Origin: a virus
Length of the DNA stretch: 64,000 nt
Virus record (IMG/VR): IMGVR_UViG_3300045988_172839
Location: 32,001-96,000 of that record
Direction: 5' to 3' (one strand)
Shown: positions 1 to 8,830 of the stretch, piece after piece
Layout of the letters: each line of letters starts with the position of its first letter
How positions within the stretch are numbered: the stretch's first letter is position 1
The notes under the pieces: generated by a model
What the model was told of the DNA's origin: nothing
Database searches by the model: none
The model's input: only the letters and a program-made list of their open reading frames with translations
Program-made: the position numbers and the translations under genes

Positions 1-294
1 TTCAGACTTAACAGTACCATACTTGTAGAAACCATCAGTATCTGTGTCTAATGCTAATACCTCATTGAAAATCAAATCAATTTGACTTCTAACCGTTTCT
101 TTGTTTTCCGTGAAATCTGCAAAAGTAGTATTCGGAGTTAAAGCACTAAAAGTAAAACCATCAAAATAAGTACAAAAATCCGTGAAAAGCCTATATAACT
201 CTTCGTAGTTGATTTCATCAAGAATGTAACTATCCCCCAAAGACTGATACGGATAAGTGAATGTTGCTATTGCTTTTTCTTTACTGACTTTCAT
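1..294 (-). CDS. Hypothetical protein, N-terminal part only (gene runs off the left edge).
   Basis: ATG at 292-294 is preceded by AGGAGG (304-309) and a promoter. The frame stays open to position 1 (MKVSKEKAIATFTYPYQSLGDSY...). It is absent from the ORF track because there is no stop in the window. Confidence 0.55.
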   Translation of the reverse strand, partial: MKVSKEKAIATFTYPYQSLGDSYILDEINYEELYRLFTDFCTYFDGFTFSALTPNTTFADFTENKETVRSQIDLIFNEVLALDTDTDGFYKYGTVKSE

Positions 295-320
295 AAACCT
301 AAACCTCCTAAATTTTCTTT

Positions 321-349
321 ATTATACCACAAAAACCTTAATAAATCAA
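321..349 (-). promoter_or_regulatory. Sigma-A type promoter TTGATT-17-TATAAT.
   Basis: -35 (revcomp) at 344-349, -10 at 321-326, spacing exactly 17 bp. It lies upstream of the ORF starting at 294. Confidence 0.6.
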
Positions 350-374
350 GAAAAGGAGAACTTCTGTTCCCCTT
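341..374 (-). terminator. Rho-independent terminator after ORF 386..1120.
   Basis: 9-bp stem (353-361 / 366-374, one G-U pair) with a 4-nt loop, followed on the minus strand by TTCTTGATTT. Confidence 0.55.
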
Positions 375-385
375 AAACGTTTATT

Positions 386-1120
386 TTAAAATACTTCAAG
401 GTCTTTTTCCAGTTTTTCGGAAGTTGGGATACCCAAAACCTCAGTGGCGAAAATAGTATTTGCTGCAAGTACATAAGGTGTTACATACAAACCAAGTAAC
501 CCACCTGTTGCAAACACACCTAGAACCCACCAAAAGAAACTCATGTTTTGTACGAACAAAGTCATTTTATGACCTTTCATCTTCTGCTTACTTTCTTTAA
601 GAAGTGCAAACAAACCAAGTTCTTCATTTGTTTTTGCTAGATAAACCGCTAATGCGTACTCATAAGTTTTTATCAAACCAATGAACCCACCAAAGATCAA
701 TAAAGCAACACCAAGCCAAAATAGTATACCAAAGCTATTTGACACCAAAGCAGCGACAATTAGACCGATACCAACTACATAAGGTAAGAAGAACCACAGA
801 CCAATCATAAAACCAGCTAACAAAGCTGTTTTAAAGGTGTGAGCAGTCAGACTACCAAACATATCCGAAATCTTACGACCTAACTGTTTTTCTACTAGGT
901 GGTGTTTCGTTAAAATGTCAAATAGATAAAGACTTGCACATAGTTCATAGAGCAAAGTTAGTCCAGAGATAGCTGAGGATACCCCTGTGGCACTTTCGTT
1001 AAACGCAAAAGCTAAGTTTACTAAAACAAGTACCAAACATGGTAGACCTAAAGCCAACCACAAATTGTCTTCAGCAATCATCTGTTTAGCTTGCTTTTTA
1101 ATTTCTTGTCTGGATTTCAT
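386..1120 (-). CDS. Polytopic membrane protein, DUF975-like.
   Basis: 244-aa ORF with AGGAGG RBS (1131-1136) and its own promoter and terminator. It has about 6 hydrophobic helices. The N-terminus MKSRQEIKKQAKQ... resembles DUF975 family starts (from memory). Confidence 0.55.
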   Translation of the reverse strand: MKSRQEIKKQAKQMIAEDNLWLALGLPCLVLVLVNLAFAFNESATGVSSAISGLTLLYELCASLYLFDILTKHHLVEKQLGRKISDMFGSLTAHTFKTALLAGFMIGLWFFLPYVVGIGLIVAALVSNSFGILFWLGVALLIFGGFIGLIKTYEYALAVYLAKTNEELGLFALLKESKQKMKGHKMTLFVQNMSFFWWVLGVFATGGLLGLYVTPYVLAANTIFATEVLGIPTSEKLEKDLEVF

Positions 1121-1155
1121 AAAATCAAGACCTCCTAAATTTTCATAATAGATAT

Positions 1156-1184
1156 AGTATAACAGAACTTATAAGTATTTGCAA
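1156..1184 (-). promoter_or_regulatory. Sigma-A type promoter TTGCAA-17-TATACT.
   Basis: -35 at 1179-1184 and -10 at 1156-1161 (revcomp), 17-bp spacer. Confidence 0.55.
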
Positions 1185-1200
1185 TAAATTTATTAAATAT

Positions 1201-1231
1201 AGCAAAAAGAAAGAGAGGTTTACCTCTCTTT
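1201..1231 (-). terminator. Rho-independent terminator after ORF 1235..1906.
   Basis: Stem aaagagagg/cctctcttt (1210-1218 / 1223-1231), loop ttta, then CTTTTT on the minus strand. Confidence 0.65.
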
Positions 1232-1234
1232 TAC

Positions 1235-1906
1235 TTAAATTTCAACAAAAGACTTATCGTAAACAGAACTTCCTTTCAACATCAGCTCTAACATCTTATC
1301 TGTGTCACCATCAAGCTCGTAGAAATCTAACCCACGGTCAATCTCCGTACCATCTGCGGTTTCAATTACATAGTGGTAAGTTGCACCTTTAAGATAGTCA
1401 TTATAAATTGCTAACACATAGTTTACCATATCTAAAATATCACGCTCAATAGATTTTGTAATACGCTTAGTGTCATACCATCGGTAAATTTCGTCACGTG
1501 TTGCGAAGGCGAAACCTACAAAATCTCTATGTGGTTCATATTCAGTTGTAAATTTAAGAGTTGGATAGTAGTCTAAAGACATTGTAGGTTCACTAAATAA
1601 TGGAACTGCATAAACATTAGCAGTCTTATAGAAAGATTCAACCAGCTTATCTACAAACTCTATTAAATCACGACTCTTCAAACGTAATTGTTCTGTAAAA
1701 CCAACCTTAATGTAATCATCTATAAATTCAGCCATCTTTGGATATCTATGAGGTTGTATTGAAGTAAACTCAGGAAACCATGTGAAATATCTACACAAAG
1801 TTCGAGTCCACTCTTCACTCAACGGAACAACATTTGGCTCGTCTCTGTAAATTGTCATTATGTCGCCAGAGTTGTTTTTCAACTCAAAATAAATCTCTTT
1901 TTCCAT
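1235..1906 (-). CDS. Hypothetical protein.
   Basis: 223-aa ORF lying 3 nt downstream of the stop of ORF 1910..4600, on the same strand. No motif recognised. Confidence 0.65.
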   Translation of the reverse strand: MEKEIYFELKNNSGDIMTIYRDEPNVVPLSEEWTRTLCRYFTWFPEFTSIQPHRYPKMAEFIDDYIKVGFTEQLRLKSRDLIEFVDKLVESFYKTANVYAVPLFSEPTMSLDYYPTLKFTTEYEPHRDFVGFAFATRDEIYRWYDTKRITKSIERDILDMVNYVLAIYNDYLKGATYHYVIETADGTEIDRGLDFYELDGDTDKMLELMLKGSSVYDKSFVEI

Positions 1907-1909
1907 AAA

Positions 1910-4600
1910 TCACACCTCAACAGTTAAGTTTAAACCTAACTCAGCTAGTCTACTAAATGTTCTTTCTGGGTTTAAAGCCGTTTCGTTAATTTTAGCTTTT
2001 ACTAACTCTCTCAGCTCACCTCTTAGATAAAAATGTACACACAAATCATTATCAACTAGTGCTTTGTAAACTGCACTACTCATATAATCTGAATGAGAAC
2101 CACCTAAGTCTGGGTACAGATAAATAAATAATTCATCTACAAGTTGAGCATGTTTCTTAACTAAAGCTTTATTCTTAGGCAAACGCTCTACAAAAATTGC
2201 TTCACCATATTCTGTAAGTACAGAATCAAAGTTCCAAACTTCACTTGCAATATCTCTATCTTTTGCAATTTCTTCGTGAGCTTTCTTCTTGAATAAAGCT
2301 CTCATCTCATCATCTTTAACTCTTAAATCTTGGTTCTTCAAATAGGTTACATAAGACTTAGTTAATTTATTCATTAAGCTATTTACTGCCGCAACTTGCT
2401 CACCTTTAGTTGTACCAAAATCAACATCTTTAAAATCTGCAAAACGAAGAGATGCGATACCCTTAGTTAGAGATTGTACAGAAGCACCATATTTTTCAAT
2501 TTTATTATGAAGCAAATCACTTACAACCATATAACTTTTCTCAGCATCTAGAATACACTCGTCATGAAGTTGGTTAATAACCCTCTCAATCATTGAAAAA
2601 TGAGGTTCTTCAACTCTAAATGTTTGATAAACGACCCCTTTATTGTCTTTAACTAAATATGCAACGCCACCAAACTTAGTACCATCAAAGAACTGAACTG
2701 GATCAAGTAAAAAACCAAATTCTTCAAACATGTTCTCTTCCAAAATCTCATCTGAAATAGAAATACCGTTGTATAAGTCCTCTGCTTGTTTACTTGGTCT
2801 TTCAACAACTGCATGACTTAAAATACCATTACTATCTCGATCTGTTGGAATAAGGTCTTTTCCTTCAAGTTCGGATTTACCTGAACTTTCTTCAATCGTA
2901 ACTGTAAAGCCACCTGCTTTTACTTGATTTGGTGCAAGTTCTTCTTTTGCACCTTCAGTTAAGTTAGTTACTTTAGGAGACTCCTCAGTTTGTTGAATGT
3001 TAGCTACTTCTTCTCTTATGTGTGGGAACTTGGTATCAAAGTAATTTAACACCTCTTCAGTATTGTTAATCAACCATAAGTATTCAAACTTATTACCATA
3101 ATCAGCCAAACTCTCAGTAAAACTCACTCTAGGAAGTACCGTTACGCAGTAAATCTCAAAAGCACGTGCAAAGACCTCAGTTGGAGTTAAGAAGTAATTT
3201 AACATAGCTCCTTTATAGACTCCACCGTCCGACAAATTACGTTGATACCCTTTGAGGAGTGGGCGGAACTCATCAGACATAGACAAGTTTTGGTCTTTAT
3301 TGTAAGTAAAATCAATGTGATGACCATACTCGTGGAGCATAGAGTTTACGTTACGGACACTAATCGTAATACAGTCAAAAGCTGGGAAATACACACCATG
3401 AGCTTTCCGATGCTCAATTTTACGAAAACGTAACTCTGGTTTATGTTCCGAATGTGGCAAAGCTTTGTGAATTAACCCCCACTGCGCTTCAATATCAGGT
3501 AACTTCTCTAAATCAAACTGCTCATCGAACTCTACAAAACCAAATCCGTAGTCTAAGAACTTAGTTGAATCCATAGCAGCTTGAATTTTAGCTGGGATGT
3601 TGCGCTTTGTTTCAAAAGACTTAGCGTAGTCGGATTTTTGAACTCTGTCATACTCTTCCATAAGAGTAATATTAAAATCATCCAAGTACAATTCATACAA
3701 ATACTCAGCCATGACTTTCAGCATAGTTTTGTTTTTAGCAGGAGAACCCAGCAAATAGTTCCCTAAACTGCGCATAAATGCTTTATAAATCAAATTAAGT
3801 GAGTTTTGATGTACAATCTCTTTAAACTCTTTACTTTGACTGTCTTGCGGTAAGTTTGGATACCGATCTGTGTAACGAGCTTTATTCTTAGAAGCATCAT
3901 AACCTGCTTTAAATTGTTGCGAGTTAAAATCAACCCAACTTTTTAATTTAGTAGCTACAACATCTTTTGTAATCAAGTCTAAGAAGTCCAAAACTGAGGA
4001 AAGTTGTGGAGCATAGTAAATACTAAACTTGTAGTTAAAGAAGTGATTGAAACCAGTTGAACGAGTGATATAAAGCTTTTGAATAAGTGTTTTATAGTGC
4101 GAAGAACGAGACTTCGGTTCTGCATCATTGCTAATAAAGAAAATATGCTCATAATCTTCTTTTTCTTTATTGAACCAACCATACACATAAGTATAGAAAA
4201 TGCCGTTTTCACAGTCAGCGTAACCATTTATGGCAAACCTCTTCATTTGACCAATATAAGATTCACGTTCTTCTTCACTCCAAACTGTTTCGTCTGAGTT
4301 TAACTCCATAGTTGGAACTTCATTCGAAGAGTGACGATACACTACACCAATTTGACGAAGTTCTAAGTCTGGTTGTTTTCCACCAGTTTCGGTACTGAAA
4401 AAGTCTAAGTTACTCTTATCAAAATAAGCAACCAACTTTTGCAGGACATCATCCACTACAAAACTTCTATCCGTATTTGTCTTATTTAAAGCGTTAAACA
4501 AAGACTTAATAAAGCGCTCACCGTTAGTTGGGTTGTAAGTAATCGATACCCCAACACCACGTGCGAAACGCTCTCGCAGTAAATTTTTATGTAATTTCAT
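1910..4600 (-). CDS. Large (896 aa) multidomain protein with a zincin-like metallopeptidase motif (ATLF / polyvalent-protein type).
   Basis: HExxH in MLHEYGHHIDF, followed downstream by TEVFARAFEIY. This pairing resembles the HEFGHAVD ... EFFAEAF arrangement of anthrax-LF-like zincin domains found in polyvalent proteins of conjugative elements and phages (from memory). Confidence 0.5.
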   Translation of the reverse strand: MKLHKNLLRERFARGVGVSITYNPTNGERFIKSLFNALNKTNTDRSFVVDDVLQKLVAYFDKSNLDFFSTETGGKQPDLELRQIGVVYRHSSNEVPTMELNSDETVWSEEERESYIGQMKRFAINGYADCENGIFYTYVYGWFNKEKEDYEHIFFISNDAEPKSRSSHYKTLIQKLYITRSTGFNHFFNYKFSIYYAPQLSSVLDFLDLITKDVVATKLKSWVDFNSQQFKAGYDASKNKARYTDRYPNLPQDSQSKEFKEIVHQNSLNLIYKAFMRSLGNYLLGSPAKNKTMLKVMAEYLYELYLDDFNITLMEEYDRVQKSDYAKSFETKRNIPAKIQAAMDSTKFLDYGFGFVEFDEQFDLEKLPDIEAQWGLIHKALPHSEHKPELRFRKIEHRKAHGVYFPAFDCITISVRNVNSMLHEYGHHIDFTYNKDQNLSMSDEFRPLLKGYQRNLSDGGVYKGAMLNYFLTPTEVFARAFEIYCVTVLPRVSFTESLADYGNKFEYLWLINNTEEVLNYFDTKFPHIREEVANIQQTEESPKVTNLTEGAKEELAPNQVKAGGFTVTIEESSGKSELEGKDLIPTDRDSNGILSHAVVERPSKQAEDLYNGISISDEILEENMFEEFGFLLDPVQFFDGTKFGGVAYLVKDNKGVVYQTFRVEEPHFSMIERVINQLHDECILDAEKSYMVVSDLLHNKIEKYGASVQSLTKGIASLRFADFKDVDFGTTKGEQVAAVNSLMNKLTKSYVTYLKNQDLRVKDDEMRALFKKKAHEEIAKDRDIASEVWNFDSVLTEYGEAIFVERLPKNKALVKKHAQLVDELFIYLYPDLGGSHSDYMSSAVYKALVDNDLCVHFYLRGELRELVKAKINETALNPERTFSRLAELGLNLTVEV

Positions 4601-4636
4601 AGTTAAGTAAAACCTTTCGATTTAATCTACTAACTA

Positions 4637-4670
4637 TCAGAAAAGGTATGTGGAAAAATCCAGCATACCT
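4637..4670 (-). terminator. Rho-independent terminator after the ParB-HNH gene.
   Basis: Stem aggtatgtgga / tccagcatacct (one bulge), loop aaaa, then TTTTCTG on the minus strand. Confidence 0.6.
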
Positions 4671-4686
4671 ACCTAATCATCAAAAT

Positions 4687-6330
4687 TTATTTTGAACTCA
4701 CATCTAATGCAGTTCGTAATGCTAAGTCATTCTTAATGTCTTGTCCGGGGAATTTATGACCTAGACTTTCTTGAGCTTTCTTAGCACGTTCTTTACGAGA
4801 ATAACCTTTCTTCTCCCCTGCTTTAATCGCAATGTAAGCAAGAGACCAAGCATTTAAAATTCGTCTACGGAACTCTTCATCCATAGTGTCTAAATGCTCT
4901 TTATCTGTTGTAAGAGTTCCCATTTTCTCCATAGTATGCAACAAATGGTGGCAACCAATACACAAGGTAATCAAGTTCTTCTCATCATCTGTTCCACCTG
5001 CGTGAACTGGAACTTTATGGTGAACTACCAACTGAGACAAGAAAGCACCTTGGTTTTCAACCTTATCTTTAGAGCAACACTGACAAACCATTTTGTCTCT
5101 TGCTTTAATCTTGTTCTTAACCTCTGGAGTTAAATCATCATCTCCATCACCTTTACGGTCTTGAACAATACCCTTATCCACTGCATCTGCTTGTTCTAAA
5201 GCACTCTCTAAGGTCAAGTTATCCATAGAGTTATCTGCTAGTTCCAGAAGTTCATCAACCTCTTGAGCGCTCAGTTTGTTATTACCTGAGTTTTCACCTT
5301 CTTCAGAAGAACCATCATTTTCACTTGAACTACCCTCTTCATCAGACACAACTGCTTCCTTACCAAGCTCAGTCGAAGAGAGGATACCCTTATTGTCTTC
5401 CTCCTCAAGTACATCACGCTCTTTCCGTTGTTTTACCAACTCTTTATAAGCTTTGTCCAATGTGTACTTACCTGCAAACAACTCAGTCATAGGCTCTGGG
5501 TAAGTATCAGACTCACTGCAGACCTCTTTCAATTTCAGAACATCTCCACTCTCCAAATAAGGGTACAAACGCTCAATTTGAGAGAACTTCAAACCATATT
5601 CGTGTTCCAAGGTAGAAAGTCCGTTCCAAATCTCTTGGTAATTGTGTTGTTGTTGCTTATTCAAAATCAGACCCAGCAAAGGAACCAAACGTTGTGCTTT
5701 CTCATAATCTGCAAAATGCCACACAAAAGCTGGAATAGTTTTGTAACCATTACGAGATGCACCATAAACTCGACGGAGACCTGAAATCAAAGTGTACATT
5801 TCAATTTCTTCACCATCTACCGAAGGTAAAGCCAATACATCAATAGGGTTTAAAACTCTACCAAAATCTTCAATCGAAGCAGTCAAACCATTCTTAGTTG
5901 CAAAGCGAGCCTTTTTATCAAACTCCGTAATGACAATCGACTCAATCGGTAAATCCATACGCAACTCACGGTCGTATTTCAAGCCACTAAGAATCTTATC
6001 AATATCCTCAAATGGACTAAGTACCGAAGGAGTTTCGGATACCCCTACAATATCTACGGGTGTTTCTACTTCTAAACCTTCTAACTCAGAAAGACTCTCA
6101 GAAGCTCCTATTTGCTCCGTGTCGAGAGTTTTTTCCGAGTCGATATTTTCCCCACCTACTTCTTCTAAATCGACTGTGGGCAATTCTGAGGCCTCAGGAG
6201 ACCACTCTACAACTTCTTCTCCTACCTCTGAATAAGGTACTACTTCTTCTCCAACTAGAGCTTGTTCTTGACTAGAAGACACACCAACTTCTAAGTCGTC
6301 TAAGTCTCCCCATAAATTATCTTTATCCAC
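4687..6330 (-). CDS. ParB/Srx-like N-terminal domain fused to a C-terminal HNH endonuclease through a long acidic linker.
   Basis: ParB box-II-like LISGLRRVYGAS. HNH signature: CQCCS...VVHHKVPVHAGGTDDEKNLITLCIGCHHLLH. The N-terminus and linker are acidic and low-complexity. Confidence 0.75.
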   Translation of the reverse strand: MDKDNLWGDLDDLEVGVSSSQEQALVGEEVVPYSEVGEEVVEWSPEASELPTVDLEEVGGENIDSEKTLDTEQIGASESLSELEGLEVETPVDIVGVSETPSVLSPFEDIDKILSGLKYDRELRMDLPIESIVITEFDKKARFATKNGLTASIEDFGRVLNPIDVLALPSVDGEEIEMYTLISGLRRVYGASRNGYKTIPAFVWHFADYEKAQRLVPLLGLILNKQQQHNYQEIWNGLSTLEHEYGLKFSQIERLYPYLESGDVLKLKEVCSESDTYPEPMTELFAGKYTLDKAYKELVKQRKERDVLEEEDNKGILSSTELGKEAVVSDEEGSSSENDGSSEEGENSGNNKLSAQEVDELLELADNSMDNLTLESALEQADAVDKGIVQDRKGDGDDDLTPEVKNKIKARDKMVCQCCSKDKVENQGAFLSQLVVHHKVPVHAGGTDDEKNLITLCIGCHHLLHTMEKMGTLTTDKEHLDTMDEEFRRRILNAWSLAYIAIKAGEKKGYSRKERAKKAQESLGHKFPGQDIKNDLALRTALDVSSK

Positions 6331-6336
6331 TTTAGC

Positions 6337-7713
6337 CTACTTTCTTAAAAACTGATCTACTGAGCGACCTTTGGAGTCACATACTGTAGTTATACCTAAC
6401 TCTGGTGACGACCAAAAGTAAATTGGACTTTCTGGTTTCAAACCTAATACTAGAATATCTAATGGACTCTCTAACGGTAACTCTAATACAGTTTGACCTG
6501 CAATTTCAATGCCTAAATCTTCACTGTTTTTACCATGCAACCCCAAATCTAACGCGCTATCTAACAACTTAGGTTTATTGTTTGCAAAATCATAGAAACC
6601 AAAATAAGCACTACCATCAACTTCAAACTGAGCTGTCACATCTAAGTACGAAACGACTGCAAAAGGTTTTAACCCTTCTAAAGTCTGTTTCCAATGAATG
6701 TACTGTAACTTCGCTTTCTGAGGGTTTACAGACCATAAAATTGGATTAACTACTACACTATCAAAACCGAACTCTTTAAATCTTTGACTGTGATGACTTG
6801 CTACACTCACTCTCAAATTTGTTGACAAAGCACTAACATCAGCGAGGTCTTCAAGCAAAGATACCCAATCTTCTACAATCGAGTTAATATTTTGGTCTGT
6901 TTCTAAGTTATAACGAATATAAGGAAGCGTGTCAAAACCTAAATCTTGTACAAACTTACACTCATCATCTCGTTTTGCAAAGTTCAGTCCAAACTCAATA
7001 TACTCAGAAGCATAAAAACGGATGGTAGAAATTAACTGAGGTGTTAAGTCCAACTTCGTATAGCTCATACTAGGAGTCAAATCCTCTTCAACAATCGAGG
7101 TATACAAATAACCGCAAATAGCACTCTTTGGAATTTGAGCTAGGTCAACTAAAGTTGTTAAACCTCTACGCTCTAAATAAGGAAGAACCAAGCGTGTACA
7201 GTCCACACCTTCTCTACCCTCTTCCAAAGAAATCGCACGTTGAAAGAGTCCATGCTCATATACTAAAGAGACTTTGTTGTTACTTAAAAAGACCTCTACA
7301 TAAAGCTCTACATTGTCTTTAGCTGCTAACTCTAACAAGCTCACATAATCATCATAGAAAGGTTCTGCCTTGGTTAGATACGGAAGTTGAGCCATCTTTT
7401 GACTCTCTTCAACCAAATAAGTATCACCCTTTGGCAAGCGAGCTTTCAACATATCTTGGTATTGTAAATAGTCTCTACCTAGAGGTGTATCTTCTGCTCT
7501 CAATAATAATTGTTCTCTTAAAGACTGTAACTCCTTTTCGAGCAAATAGTAAGATACCACTCTATGTTGGCTGTAAGTTCCATTAGCTAACTCTTTATCT
7601 AAAGTGTTGACTAACTCTTCTCGTTTATTTAATAACTCCTTTAATCGTGTACCAATTTCAACTGCACTTGGCACAATCCCTAAAAACGGAGACACTTCAA
7701 GCTTTGTTTGCAA
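6337..7713 (-). CDS. Hypothetical protein; possibly a catalytically dead NAD-dependent DNA-ligase-like (adenylation + OB) fold.
   Basis: The segment YVEVFLSNNKVSLVYEHGLFQRAISLEEGREGVDCT lines up by eye with LigA [35 protein letters not shown], but the KxDG lysine is replaced (K->F, D->S, G->N). Later LigA motifs also look substituted. The alignment is from memory only. Confidence 0.35.
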   Translation of the reverse strand: MQTKLEVSPFLGIVPSAVEIGTRLKELLNKREELVNTLDKELANGTYSQHRVVSYYLLEKELQSLREQLLLRAEDTPLGRDYLQYQDMLKARLPKGDTYLVEESQKMAQLPYLTKAEPFYDDYVSLLELAAKDNVELYVEVFLSNNKVSLVYEHGLFQRAISLEEGREGVDCTRLVLPYLERRGLTTLVDLAQIPKSAICGYLYTSIVEEDLTPSMSYTKLDLTPQLISTIRFYASEYIEFGLNFAKRDDECKFVQDLGFDTLPYIRYNLETDQNINSIVEDWVSLLEDLADVSALSTNLRVSVASHHSQRFKEFGFDSVVVNPILWSVNPQKAKLQYIHWKQTLEGLKPFAVVSYLDVTAQFEVDGSAYFGFYDFANNKPKLLDSALDLGLHGKNSEDLGIEIAGQTVLELPLESPLDILVLGLKPESPIYFWSSPELGITTVCDSKGRSVDQFLRK

Positions 7714-7748
7714 AGAAAGGTCAACCTCGCTTTCATTTACTTTTTGTT

Positions 7749-7777
7749 AGTTTATCATTTTTCCTACCGATTTGCAA
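7749..7777 (-). promoter_or_regulatory. Sigma-A type promoter TTGCAA-17-(TG)-TAAACT.
   Basis: -35 at 7772-7777 and -10 at 7749-7754, with an extended TGn, 17-bp spacer. Confidence 0.55.
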
Positions 7778-7793
7778 TAACTAAAGCAAACTT

Positions 7794-7830
7794 AGAAAAA
7801 GAAAAATAGCAAGCTCTTGCCAGCTTACTA
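7794..7830 (-). terminator. Rho-independent terminator after ORF 7828..8409.
   Basis: Stem tagcaagct / agcttacta (one mismatch) overlaps the TAG stop and is followed by ATTTTTCTTTTTC on the minus strand. Confidence 0.6.
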
Positions 7831-8409
7831 TTTAATCACCAAATAACAAAATACCATTGAAGCAATACCGAGTGCTATGACTGCCATGATACCGAAAAGT
7901 CGGAACAAACGTAATAAGTTGATATTCATCTTAGCTAATGCACTGGTTTGGTAAACTTCTCGACCGTTCTTACGAATAGAACTTGCAGCAGACAAGAAGA
8001 CCAAAGCCGTACAAGCCATTAAAATCATTTCAATGACTGAGACTGTCAAAGCATAGAAATTAGTAATTCTTGAAACTGTTGTAATCAAGGTAATCTCGCC
8101 ACTGATGTAATTATTCGAAATATTATAACCTAATGTATAACCTGCGGTTAATAAAATCATACCGACTAGGAAATACAAGAAAGGTGCTGTTGAAATTGTT
8201 TTGACTTTAAACTCTTTCGTACTCTTGAATAGAGCTTGCTTCATCAAAGATAAACGACCACTTAACGTACCGTCTACCAAAGACTCATATACATAAAAAA
8301 CAAGCCAAAACATAACTGAAACAAGGAAAATACGAACAAGCCAACCACCAGATACCCCAATGAGTTGTCTGAAAACTTCTCCTCTAATACTGGACACATG
8401 TTGTTCCAT
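7828..8409 (-). CDS. Membrane protein (about 5 TM helices).
   Basis: 193-aa ORF, last gene of a long operon, with strongly hydrophobic segments. Confidence 0.6.
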   Translation of the reverse strand: MEQHVSSIRGEVFRQLIGVSGGWLVRIFLVSVMFWLVFYVYESLVDGTLSGRLSLMKQALFKSTKEFKVKTISTAPFLYFLVGMILLTAGYTLGYNISNNYISGEITLITTVSRITNFYALTVSVIEMILMACTALVFLSAASSIRKNGREVYQTSALAKMNINLLRLFRLFGIMAVIALGIASMVFCYLVIK

Positions 8410-8427
8410 ATAAAAACCTACTTCTTT

Positions 8428-8772
8428 CTAAAATTCTGTTGATTCAAGGTTCAAACCGTGAATCAAGGCTTGACCTGTTTGTGTGGGTTGATATTCCAAA
8501 ACATAGTGAATATCTTCTACCTTACCATACAAAGAACCACACAAATGACACATAGCACAAGACACCGTTACTTGTGCTTCACTTTGACCATTCGACACTT
8601 GAACCGTTTGGACTTCAGAATTTAAGTAATGAAGTCCGTCTTTATCAAAGTGTTTAATGGTTTGAGGAAACACCTCATCTTCTGGGAACTTTGTTAATCT
8701 GTTTTCATAGCCTTCCCCAAACAAATAGAGAAAGACTTGTCTTATCAATTCTGTCTTAGAACCAAGTGCCAT
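8428..8772 (-). CDS. Hypothetical protein.
   Basis: 114-aa ORF in the operon. Cys cluster CAMCHLCGS. Confidence 0.55.
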   Translation of the reverse strand: MALGSKTELIRQVFLYLFGEGYENRLTKFPEDEVFPQTIKHFDKDGLHYLNSEVQTVQVSNGQSEAQVTVSCAMCHLCGSLYGKVEDIHYVLEYQPTQTGQALIHGLNLESTEF

Positions 8773-8830
8773 GTAGACCTACTTTCTAGCAAAAATGCTT
8801 TGTATTCTAATGACCTAAACTGCTTTTATT

